From assembly GCA_965637545.1 (NCBI GenBank), contig OZ281499.1:8680001-8744000 (forward strand): a DNA stretch of 64,000 nt, written 5' to 3'. The notes below the pieces were generated by a model. The model was not told the DNA's origin and did no database searches. It saw only the letters and a program-made list of their open reading frames with translations. How positions within the stretch are numbered: the first letter of the stretch is position 1; the number at the start of each line of letters is the position of its first letter. This document shows, one piece after another, positions 37,501-48,300 of this stretch. The position numbers and the translations under genes were made by a program. This DNA comes from Phallusia mammillata. Its lineage: Eukaryota.

Positions 37501-39262
37501 GCTATGTTACACGTATTTAATTTGATCACAGTTTTGTTAATAAGCGAGCTTCTTTGGACCATATCTGCTAAGGTTCATAAAGCGACAGTTTGTGTGTGTG
37601 AAGACGTTTACTTAGTCTGCCTTCGTATTAGCATTTTTAATTGGTCTGTATGTACCTATATGAAAATTACCCTCAAGGCTTTGTTTTTTTTAAGTCTCTA
37701 TTCCGACTTGAGTCACCATTTTTAAAGACTTGTCTCGGTACACCAACAACAAAAACGATTTTTTTCAACGACCTGTTCAACCACACAACATCTGCAACAT
37801 TCGTAGTTATTTTTGCTTAATTTCAACGTAACAAAGTCGCTGCTACAATCCTACATGCAAAAAACATTCTTTCGCTGATTCGATTGTTTTTTTAAAGTTA
37901 GTCTTATCTTTCGAGCAATGTTTCTATATTACGTCACAAGTGATCAAACAAGACGATTGTTTGCGAACAATTAAAACTTGTAGTCTTGTATGTGATGTTA
38001 CTCACTGGCTTAGGATCACTCCTGTACGTTGTAATCCTATAAGACTGAGTAAAAAAAAATTCCACATGTCGTTGCAGGAAAACTTCGCAGGGAGTAAATT
38101 AATTTTTGAATGTTGCAAAGTAGTCAGTACGGTCGCGGGTCGGATGAAATGGCCGGACCTGGTCCGCGGGCCGCAGTTTGGTGACCCCTGGTTTAAGCGA
38201 ACGCAGTTCATGTCAACACCAAGTTATTGCTTTCAAGCGTTTACTTTAAAAATATAGGAGTTTTAGGTTAAGGCTTGACGTTCTTGTCCAAGCTGGTTAA
38301 TAAGTGTCAATTATCCATTGGCCAACTTGCTTTTGTTTGTTCTGATTGACAAATGAACGTATTTAGAGCTTGATCATCAGCGCATAAACTACAGTGCAAC
38401 TGAATATACTATTCTAGACATGATTATAGTGTTCAAGCGGGGGCCCAGAAATTGACTTGCACCAGCGTATTTTTTCGCTCTCAAGGGCCCTGATCTGACG
38501 GTCTGTAAATCCCATACTTTTGAAACATGTTCCGGTTTAATGTAACTTGCTTATTCGGGAATTCCGGTTTGTCAGAAAGCAAAAGGCCAGATTCGTATAT
38601 AGAGCAAGAATCTTTAAGAGCAAAACTGTTTGACTTTTTGGTCTACTTGTGTTTTTGTAGGACGACTTTTTTGATCATTACGAAAAGGGGTTGCGCCGCC
38701 TAGTGAGCAACTTTCGCACTCAAGCTGACCAGCAGAGGGCAGCAGCGGAGAGCGCAAAAACTGAGCTGGCTGAAACGCAGCAAATGTTGTACGAAGTTCT
38801 TACCAAGTTTGACAAAGTAAGCTTTTCCAAACTTGTTTGTGAGAATAATTTTTTCAGTTGTGGAAATAAGTTTCATGCATTTTTACTTCAGAAGTTATGT
38901 TTCTGGACTTGAGTATTTGCATAAAAACATGACTTGTAATGAACAAAGTAATTGAAAGATGAATTTACATTCAACCAATTTCAGAAAAAAGTAAAGTTTA
39001 CCAATATGTTGAGGGTTTGCCATTGATTTATAATTTGTATGGTGGGGCAATCTTTTGGCTAACTTAGTATTTTTTACTCCCAAGAATTATGGTTCATTTC
39101 TTTGTTTCTGGAGTTAAGTATACTTTGCATCAAAACATGGTTTTTGATGAACACAATGATTGAAAAGATGAATTTACCTTCCAACTATTATAGGAAACCC
39201 CTAACATGACCCACGACGAGGTGGGACCTTACACACGTCGTTACCTGGACAACACGACGTGA
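25590..39262 (+). CDS. MORC2: MORC family CW-type zinc finger GHKL ATPase, MORC2-type, 22 exons, 908 aa: 25590-25654, 26062-26207, 26640-26742, 26986-27166, 27396-27489, 27583-27697, 28128-28256, 28436-28515, 28979-29153, 29369-29509, 29828-29943, 30402-30572, 31148-31386, 32627-32815, 34154-34252, 34329-34383, 35353-35480, 36154-36265, 36744-36813, 37036-37129, 38661-38816, 39194-39262
   Basis: [54 protein letters not shown]1 insert [36 protein letters not shown] finger IQCDACLKWR...WICSMNPD, chromo-like KYKVKFD...DKW and [11 protein letters not shown]. All phases are consistent. Exons 14-16 (low complexity) are the least certain. Confidence 0.92.
26252..26550. mobile_element. hAT/Charlie-type MITE in MORC2 intron 2
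   Basis: CAAGAGTCGGCAACC / GGTTGCCGACCCCTG ends and TSD GTATAGAC / GTTTAGAC. Confidence 0.85.
27811..27951. mobile_element. Tc1/mariner (pogo-like) MITE, 141 bp
   Basis: CAGTAAACCGCAGTT / AACCTGGGGTTTACGG ends flanked by TA. A related copy lies near 42763-42854. Confidence 0.6.
30144..30309 (-). mobile_element. 5'-truncated 3' tail of a non-LTR retroelement (LINE/SINE)
   Basis: Exact 14-bp direct repeat CAATGGAAAATTAA on both sides (30130-30143, 30310-30323). Homologous copies lie near 33137, 33255, 42976 and 55215. Strand is inferred from the conserved end shared by the copies. Confidence 0.75.
31538..31610 (+). mobile_element. tRNA-derived SINE head or pseudo-tRNA, family A
   Basis: 7-bp acceptor stem GCCTGTG/CACAGGT, A box TAGCTCAGTTGTTAG and T arm GTGGG-TTTGAAT-CCCAC. 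The anticodon stem is broken. Confidence 0.7.
31789..32294. mobile_element. MITE with AATTAGA-rich subterminal repeats
   Basis: 15-bp TIR ACTAGGACAACTAGA / TCTAGTTGTCCAAGT with one mismatch. No clear TSD. Confidence 0.65.
32955..33136. mobile_element. Short foldback element / MITE with 32-bp inverted repeats
   Basis: TCAAGAAAGTTCGGCGTGAAAACCACTAAATC pairs with GATTTAGTGGTTTTTACGCTGAATTTTCTTGA. Confidence 0.7.
33325..33743. mobile_element. hAT/Charlie-type MITE inserted in a LINE-tail copy
   Basis: CAGTGGTTCTTAAACT / AGTTTGAGAACCGCTG ends and TSD GACTAGTG / GGCTAGTG. Confidence 0.85.
34686..35099. mobile_element. MITE with TAGAGATGCATCGAAT-like ends and internal ATTCGG/CCGAAT repeats
   Basis: TAAAGATGCATCGAAT left end and ATTTGATGCACCTCTA right end. 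A right-end copy lies near 51180-51279. Confidence 0.7.
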
Positions 39263-40935
39263 TGACGTCACCAGTTCAGTGGAAGATTTTTCCAGTGACG
39301 TCACGTGCGTTAACGAGGGTGTGAAACCTCATCTACCGGAGAGTGCCGGTTACCATCCGAAATACAAAAACTTTCTGACAACAAGAAATTCCTAGTCTAA
39401 GGAGTCTGTAATATACGCCACAGGGCATAAAAACTAGTTGCCTGGTGGTTCGGGCACTTTTTTGTTTTTCTGTGGTTTAAACAGGATCTAAAACCTTTTT
39501 TTGTTAAGTAGGACATTTCTTCAACCCCTCGGATTTTTACCGAATTTGAAGCAATTTTGTCAGGTGACTTTGGTCACTGAAATGTTTGCACCAATGACGC
39601 AGTCGGTCTGTCACGTGATGTAAATGTTTGGTTCAGTTTCATCCGCAAATACTTGGGCTACGTTTGTCACCTTTATACACGAAAAACCATGCTTTAGAAG
39701 TTCTTAGCCAATCTCAAGTATACAAGAATGGACTGGAAAAACGATGTAAAGTCCCCAAAAATGTGTTGAAAACTGGTGTTTGTTGGTTAAATTCGGTTCA
39801 TAGATGAAAAAATGTTGGCTAAAAAGGTCTCAAAAGAAGAAAAATAGTGACAGCAAAATTTGACTTTAGAATTAAATAATAAAAAAAGTATTTATTACGG
39901 TTAATGGATGACAATTTTTCAACCAAAAGTTGTTTGAAAACACTCCTGAAAGAAAAAAAAAAACATTTTTTTCTTTACATGTTTTGTTTGTTCTGATGTT
40001 CTGTGCGCGTGCTAGCAAAAACTTACGTTACAGCTTTTTATCGGTCAACTTTTTGTTTTTGATGTCGCATATCGTATCATGATTTACTGAACAATCATGA
40101 CTTAACTTAGTAAATAAACGGGCCTTTTGTACTCTGAACGCCGGTTCTGATCTTAACCAATAAGCAGTAGGCAATTTGTCACGTGGTTATATTTGAATGC
40201 CCATTTGCATTCGTTCCCGCGTTTTTTTAACTTCTGTGAATAAAGGTCATCGTGTTGTTGAACGTGACTTGATTTTTTTGTCGCCAGGGCCTCTAGTTTA
40301 TATTGAACACTTGACAAAGAGAAATGTTTCTTTGTTAAATTAATTTTCCACCAAGCATCGCAGGTCGTTTCGTTTGGTGGGCAAACATCACTTAAATTGC
40401 ACTATAGGATTACGAGACCTTTTGAAACCGATGGTTTATCTCGAACGGGTATTAGGTTGCTAGGAAGTAGTTAAACGATCCTTTTTTGCTTTAATATACT
40501 TTCCCGCTTTGAACTATGTTTTTGATCCTTCTACGGTTAAGGTCATAAATGACTTTTTAGGTGAACAACTTTAGCTCTAGCAATATGTGCTTGAAAACAA
40601 AGGTTAAATAATTGAATACTCTTGTTGGTCTAAAAACTGACATTTACTTTCAAAAAAGGTTCCGTAGATGATACCATTTGTAGCTGAGAAAAAGCTGTTG
40701 CTATTTACGTCTTCATGTACTTTAATGAGCAAAATAACCTTGAAATGAGTTGTACTTTTTGAAGGTTAGCCATTGAAGAGTATGCTTTATAGCTTTATCA
40801 ACATTTAATAGCATGAAAAAAATTCCCATTTTGTAACTCAAATAGTTTATCACAGTAGGCTACCCCAGGTCCATTGAAGGCGTTATATCGAATTAACTGG
40901 TCACCATGCATTCCCACATAAACCAGAAAAACCCA

Positions 40936-41008
40936 GCCTGCGGTGGGATTCGAACCCAGAGCAGGAGTCTTTTCGGGACTCACAATCTACCAACCAAGCT
41001 CCACAGGA
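40936..41008 (-). mobile_element. tRNA-derived SINE head or pseudo-tRNA, family A
   Basis: The reverse complement gives CCTGTG...CGCAGG acceptor, GAGTC-CCGAAAA-GACTC anticodon arm and B box GGGTTCGAATCCC. It is colinear with 31538-31610. Confidence 0.7.
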
Positions 41009-41771
41009 TCTGTATTTCATACTGGTCAAAATAGTTTAGCCCATTGAAGCGGCAAAAGCCTCAATGACGACTGTCAATAATGAATGGTTGATTTAAATCG
41101 ATAGTTAGATTTGTTACGGTTGAGTAGGATTCTTTAAGACAAGCCCAGGAGGGTTTGAAAGGCGCAACGGGTAATCCAATCAACTTCATCACGATGAACC
41201 CGTTGATAAAACTTCAAGGGTTGTTTAGTCACTGTCACTTATCTGTGTAGCTAAGCGCCCCCCAAAGTCGGTGCTCAGGATAATGCTTTGGTAGAATTCA
41301 GATCTAGTTTGTCGTAGTCTCTTTAGCAAACCCTAGGCTAAATTATGACGTAGTGGGTCTAGGAATTCGTTTGGCGCGATCTGTGCCTCCAATGAACAGG
41401 GCAAATGTTTTTAGTTGAAACTTGAGTTATCATCATGCCATACGAAAACTGGAACTGCGTTTTGAATGGTTGGCAAGCGGTATATTTCACGCTTATAAAC
41501 GTATAGCTTCGTTTAATAGCTCGAAACGTCGATACCTGGATGGGGCAATTGAGCCATCTGCCTGGCCGTCTTTAGCGACTGTTCCGAAGTTTTTGATAAA
41601 TCTAGGCGCCTAAGAACGTGCTGAAATTCTTGCGAATTATATCTTGAAATCCTGATTTTTGCATTGCACACAATTGACAGCCGATAGAGCGTTTCTTTAT
41701 TTCTCTGTATTTGAGTTGAGTTGCGTATTTATGGATAAACGTTTCAAAGGCGAACGATTAAATCAGCTTCC

Positions 41772-41868
41772 ACGGGCTTCGAACCCAGGACACTCCAGGG
41801 GACGAATCCCGATCAGTTTTTTCATGTCTGTATATGGGTCAGGCGCGCTGGACCATTCGGCCTCACTT
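41772..41868 (-). mobile_element. Class II (Leu/Ser-like) tRNA-derived SINE head, family B
   Basis: A box AGGCCGAATGGT and B box GGGTTCGAAGCCC with extended spacing. A homologue lies at 4056-4150. Confidence 0.65.
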
Positions 41869-42387
41869 CAACATGAGCAAATCTTTTGCCTTTTATTTTT
41901 TTATGGCAAAAGTGCAACAATATGAAGTCATAGCGCCCTCCAACGACGAGCGATTGTACCCTCAGGTACGAGCGATTGTATTCTACTTGAAACTTAAACC
42001 AGAAATGACAGTATAGACAGGAGGCAATGATGAACAACACCTTATGTTTGTCCAGAACATTCTAAAAGAACAAAATGACTCAAAAGTTCTAAGGCATCAA
42101 ATGAAACGGAAACGTTATATTTTTGAAAACTTATTGTGTCGAGATAAACACTTTCCCGTTGTTGTATGAAATGCTCTTGCACACCAAAATGCAAACGTTA
42201 ATGTAAACATTGTACATGATAATATCGAAGCCGCTACACTATTTACAATTAAGTTAGATTTTAAGGCGATGACAACAAGATAAGAAACAACCTTTTACAC
42301 ACTCCTTATTTATAAAAACAAAATTTTATGCACGTTATTTACACAATTAGACCAAGTTTTATTACAAACGTTGTCCACAATCTACAC

Positions 42388-45300
42388 CTAATCGCTTTCA
42401 TCCCATTGGAAGCCTTGATACAAAACTGGATTTGCATATTCCCTTATTTTGTCAGCGGGAAAGTAGCCAGTTTTTCTGGTTCTTGAATTTGTTCCAAAAC
42501 ACCTCCGATCGCACATCAGTCGTGATGGATTCACATAAACCTGGTCGCCTAATTGCAGCTGAATCTCATCGTTGGTTTCATTGGTTGGATTGTGGTCGGC
42601 AATTGCCTCTAGGTAGCGAGGAACTGAACCATAGTACATGTAATCATCGTCCAAAGTGCAAACCGTGATAGAATCTTTTCGTGTTTTTGTCAGCATCAGA
42701 GCGTACACTAAACGTCCAACCTGCGAATGCAAATCCGAATTTTATCACAAGACAAAAGTACCATAAACCTCGGTTCAACCGGATTCGGTTATACGCATCT
42801 TCGCCTAATTAGGATTTTTTTGGCCCAAACGGATCCGGATTAACGGAGGTTTACTAAAATTTCGGTTTCTATTATGATGTGTTAAAGCTTTCTATGCCTT
42901 TCGTTCATGCTTTGAACTTTCTTTAAAATTTGGTTGAAAACACATTGTTGTTGTAAAAGCATTAAGCCAGTAAATGATAAGCTGCAGACAGTACACCTTG
43001 CTTCGACCTACAAGGTCTCATCAGTGCAGCTGGCGACGAGAGTTCGGCCGCATTGGTTAGTGCAGTGGTCTTCAACCTTTTTTGAAGGCGACCCCAATTT
43101 AAAAGAAATTGAAATCAACATTTACATGCGACCCATTTTATTCCGACGGCGAGAAAAATATTTCACGTAATGCCGAAACTGAAACTATTTTCATGTAAAT
43201 TTGGCAGCTTAATTTTCAAGTAGACTTTAAATATTAGCATTCAACGCTCAAATGTTGGAGGAACCCCCAATTTTTATATAATTTGGCCAATCTAACTCGC
43301 GTTAAAGCTCACCTGTTCGCAGAAATAAATTAAATTGCATTATCCCCTTATCCCGCTGTATTAATTTGGACACAATATGTCATTCAATGGGCTCTATCGC
43401 GTAACAATGGGCTTGACGACTTGTGTTTTATTAGATTTGGGTCGCAACTATTATTTTTTTGCTTATTGCGTCACAATGATTAGATTGTGACACGAGGTAC
43501 CAAACTGTACTGCAAAACATCAGCAAAGGTTGCGAACTAGGACAAAACATTTTTGGTAATATATTTAAACGCCAATAAATTTAATTTATAGCGACCCCAG
43601 AAAAAGTTGAAGACCACTGGGTTAGTGTAGCCATTCAATGGCACTGCAGCACATTGTTGTTATATTTAAAATCATCAATAAATGAGCAACATGGCCCATG
43701 CAGACCTAGATGAAATGTGGAGTGAAACCTCACGAAAGTTCAAGCCCGCAACCCGGCCCGAACCCGAATCATTTTTGAGAAACCCGTTTGGGCCCGAAAG
43801 TTTGATTGATTGACCCAATTCATTGAAGCCTCAGGGATGGCCAATGTAACAACCACAATAGACAATTGGTCTTGAGCAAGGCGTTATTAAGTCAGGTCCA
43901 GCAACTATAGCTACTTGGCTAGTTAAGTTTACTTTAAAAACTACTGACACACAGTGTAAAGTCAGGCCCTAATTAAGCCTGTTTTTGTGAAGCAACTTAA
44001 GCTGGAACCAGCCCGAAAAGCCCGGCCCGACTTACGACTCTGTAATTATAGTTCACTTCTGACTAAAAATAGTTGGTATTTCGGGTATACTTTTTCATAT
44101 ACATGTGGCGTTTTAAGGCCAAAGTTCTTTATTCTGTTTGTTTATGTATTTTTGATTTTGTTTTTCTAACTTACATTTGAACTTAACGTTCCAACAAAAT
44201 CTTGACAATCACTGAGCAGTTGGATATCTTGCACAATGCCAAGAAAACCTTGTTTAGTTTCTCGGTTAAATGCAGCCAATTTGGTGTTTTGTTGAATGGT
44301 TAGAAAATTGTAGAAAGGAAACCTGTAATCAACAAAAAAACCTGTATGTCAGCACTATTTGTCCGAATAGCTTTCTCAACTATCTTTTTTGACATCCCAA
44401 TATTTGCTTATTTGATTGATGCTTTAGTAACTAATATCCAGGCTTTTCGGCATTGTAAGATCGTGGGGGGTTAATATTTTTGCCAGAGAGGATTTTGGCT
44501 ATTTGTTTACCGGTCAAAGAAGATAATTTCGATCCATAACAACGATGCTCCTATCGAAAGAGCAGTGTAAAATAAGCGTGTATTTTTTGTTATCACTATC
44601 ACTAACATGTTAGTAATGTTATCACTAACATTGCATTAGGAGGTGGGTCCCTCTATGTCTCCTGGCAACTAACATTTTTCGGCCCAGTCCACCACTGATC
44701 ATGCATGTCTGTTGCAACGTGCTTTAAATGTACAAAACCTGAAGCTAATGGCGGTTATACTGAATCGGTTACTGTTACCGTTAATGAACTAAGTGTTCCA
44801 AGTTATGAATTTTAAATGTACATTATTTTACTTTTGTTTGTTAATAAGGCCAGACCGAAACCGAAAACAAACACATTATTGCAAAGCAAGACGCAGTCAG
44901 TTATTTCTTGAGAGAATATTTTTCCTGTTTTTTTTTATTAAATCAATATTCGCTTACGTTAGTTTCGCCTTGCTGTAGATGTCGGGTTCGTCAGTTGCCA
45001 GAAACACGTTTTTATCTCTCGACTGACCAGCCTGGGTTTCCCCCGCCAGGTCAATCACGTGACACATGTATTCTTCAAGTGCAAAGAACTTGGCCTCTCT
45101 AACCAACTTGTCGCTCCGGCGAATGTGTAGCCTATTAACAATTAATGTATTTGTTAACGTAACAAACTGGTTTCACTTATTTTGATTATGGTAGTGTTGG
45201 GTTTATGTTAATGTTCGCTGATGAGTGTCAAGGTTATAACCGCGTCACTACAAATTAATCAGGTACCACTGTCCTTAACCTCCCAAGCTCCTGAGCTTTT

Positions 45301-48300
45301 TAGGACCGAGTCCTGGAAACTCTATACAGGAGCCTTGTACTTCAGTTCATTTGTTTATTACTTCTAAAAAGCACCAAAGGGAAAATGGAAAGAGCTTAAA
45401 TGACCAGTGTGGTTTTATATATACCCAGTGGTGGGATTCAATATTTTTTTCAGCTGGTTCTGTTACAAAAAGTCCATTGGCAGTCACCAGTGCATCAATC
45501 ACGTGTTCAGTCTCTCGGAATTAATCTTCCACAACATGTTTATTTCTCGAGATTGCTTTTTTGTATTTTTGTCGACTCCTTTAACCCTAAGTTAATCAAG
45601 CGTAATGACTTTGGTTCATAAAGTAGATTGTTTCAAATTTCGCATGTCTAGTTTCATTAACCCAAGTTAATCACGCGCAATGACTTTGGTTCATCGAGTT
45701 CATTGTTCATTTCCCATGTGTCAAATTTGTTTTCCCCTGAGTTTCGTTATCCGTTGTTTACTCAAGATTGCTGGACCTATAAATACCACGCCACAAACAT
45801 TGAAATTCATTCTAGTTCTAAATTCTAGATTCTAGTTTTTAACGGTTAAAATACTGTTCAAAGTGCGAATTTATATTCTGATAATATTCGCCTCGACGTC
45901 GTGTCTCTTGTCAATTTGATGTACCGCTGAACGTAAAAAGTAAGTTATCTGTGTTCGTCTGTTTGTTATGTTGCTTGTGATAAAACTCGTGAAGCAGATA
46001 TTTAAGTCTGAGCTACAGCAGTTATTAAACCAGGAGTCAGCTTTGCATTCGCTGCACCAGTAATGCTAACCGTTTAGCTGATTTCATAAAATTTCCTGAA
46101 ACGGTTCTATAGAACCGGTGCGAACCGGCTGAATCCCACCACTGAATATACTCCGGATAAAGCACAAAGTTATATCAATTGAACACCAGATCACACAATC
46201 AAATCTACATCATAATGAACTGCGACACGAAATATTACAAAGTTTAAACATAATTTGGCAATCCAGTTGAATAAAACCGTTGGACTATTTGACTTCCTTG
46301 CAAACTTTGACTTATATATGTGACTGCATTAAACCTTTAAATACCTTAAACTCACCCTACAGTTGAATTTGAAAATCCAAGTTTTTTCTTCAGTGATTTT
46401 TTGTTTGTTTATTACTTCTCAAAAGCACCAAAAGGAAAATGGAAAGAGCTTAAATGACCAGTGCGGTTTTATATATACCCAGTGGTGGGATTCAATTTTT
46501 TTTCAGCCGGTTCTGTTACAAAAAGTCCATTGACAGTCACCAGTAATGCTAACCGTTTAGCTGATTTCATAAAATTTCCTGTAACGGTTCTATAGAACCG
46601 GTGCGAACCGGCTGAATCCCACCACTGTATATACTCCGGATAAAGCACAAAGTTAAATCAATTGAACACCAGATCACACAATCAAATCTACATCATAATG
46701 AACTGCGACACGAAATATTACAAAGTTTAAACATAATTTGGCAATCCAGTTGAATAAACCCGTTGGACTATTTGACTTCCTTGCAAACTTTGACTTATAT
46801 ATGTGACTGCATTAAACCTTTAAATACCTTAAACTCACCCTACAGTTGAATTTGAAAATCCAAGTTTTTTCTTCAGTGATTCTAGTTCACTTTTCACGGT
46901 TGGTTGAAGTCGGGTGATATATGCAAGCACGTGACCTATCCACCAGTGATGCGGAACGTCGTGCAAACCCTTGAGAGCTGATTTCAATTGGGTGGGGATA
47001 GTAAGAGGGGCGAATGAAGTAAATGGCTCAAATTTTCCCTTCACTTTTAATATCACAGTTTTGTGTTGATTTGTAGTTTCGTGGCTTCCGTTACCTATTA
47101 AAAAATCATTTAAACTGATAAAATAAAACAGACGTGCTCACAAGTGAAGCATGTATTATATGGCTATCCTTTTAATGAAAGTACTTGTTTCGAAACAACC
47201 TGCATAGGATGTTCGCAAAATAATTTTGATATTTTAATCGTTGTTTTTTAGGCGAAGTTACTTCATAACTTTGAGTGTGTAACTATTTTTCTTCCTTCTT
47301 AGACATTAGCGTAAAAACCCTTACATTTACCATTGTAGGTTTACTAGAGGCAGTGTTTCACAACAACTGCTTACAACAGACTGGGGGTCGCGAGGTCTTT
47401 TGTAAACATTTGAAAGGTAATTGTTTATCAGCAATTACAAAAAATCAGTAAAACTGATTGATTTGAACTTAGTTTGTGTTCTATTGTGACCATTAAAATA
47501 CTCAACAAATGATTTGTAAGTGCCACAGTACCGCGTGGGCAAACGAACGGCAAACATCTAACCACTTATAATGAACTATAGGTGAAGCGGTCAGCGTGTT
47601 GTAACAGGATACTTATTTTAAAGCCGAACGGTTTAGCAAGCTTAGACCCTTCCTCTTTGCCTAATAAAAGTTTATTCTTGTGATTTTTTTAAAAAATTTT
47701 TGACTTTTTGAAAAGAGGTCGCAAGGCACATTTGGTTGCTAAAATGAGTCGCGGGGTGAAAAGGTTGATAACCACTGCTTTAGAGGTAGACTGCAACTTT
47801 TTTGCCTCCGCTCTACTCAAATATAAAAATAAAACGGTGTTTTAAAGGCATTGTAGTTCTCAACTTCATGAGTGTATGTTCTAAATCCTAACTTAATAAA
47901 GTATGACCACATGCAACTGGTCTTTCACGTTTCTTTTCGCACAGAAAGTTTCTTTTAAAACGACAAATCATGTATTGGAGGAATTAGAAAGGAATCACTG
48001 GTGGGATGAAACAAGTCTATAAAGTGACGTAAAACCATATCGACCTTGAATTTCTGGAGCTGTTTTGAGCTCAGATCTGTCAACATCCTTGCATGTTTCA
48101 CTCAATGGTCTGTACGCAGCCTCCAACTTTTCTCTGTAGGTTGGAATGTCAACGTGTAGTTGCATCGTTCGGTTGGTGCCCACAGCAAGAAATAAACAAA
48201 TCCCGATATGATGGATAAGGCAACCGTGTCCACATCTAACTTGGATAGCACAAATGAGTTTGCGGGCCGACTTGCAATTTTCTGGATTCTGTTGATAAGA

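Noticed and set aside
39260-39300. Stop-codon readthrough or selenocysteine signal at the MORC2 UGA
   Set aside because: Tandem TGA TGA and another in-frame TGA shortly after. No SECIS core recognised.
40936-41008. tRNA-Phe(GAA) gene
   Set aside because: C at position 33, a poor D stem and a mismatched first pair. It belongs to the same family as 31538.
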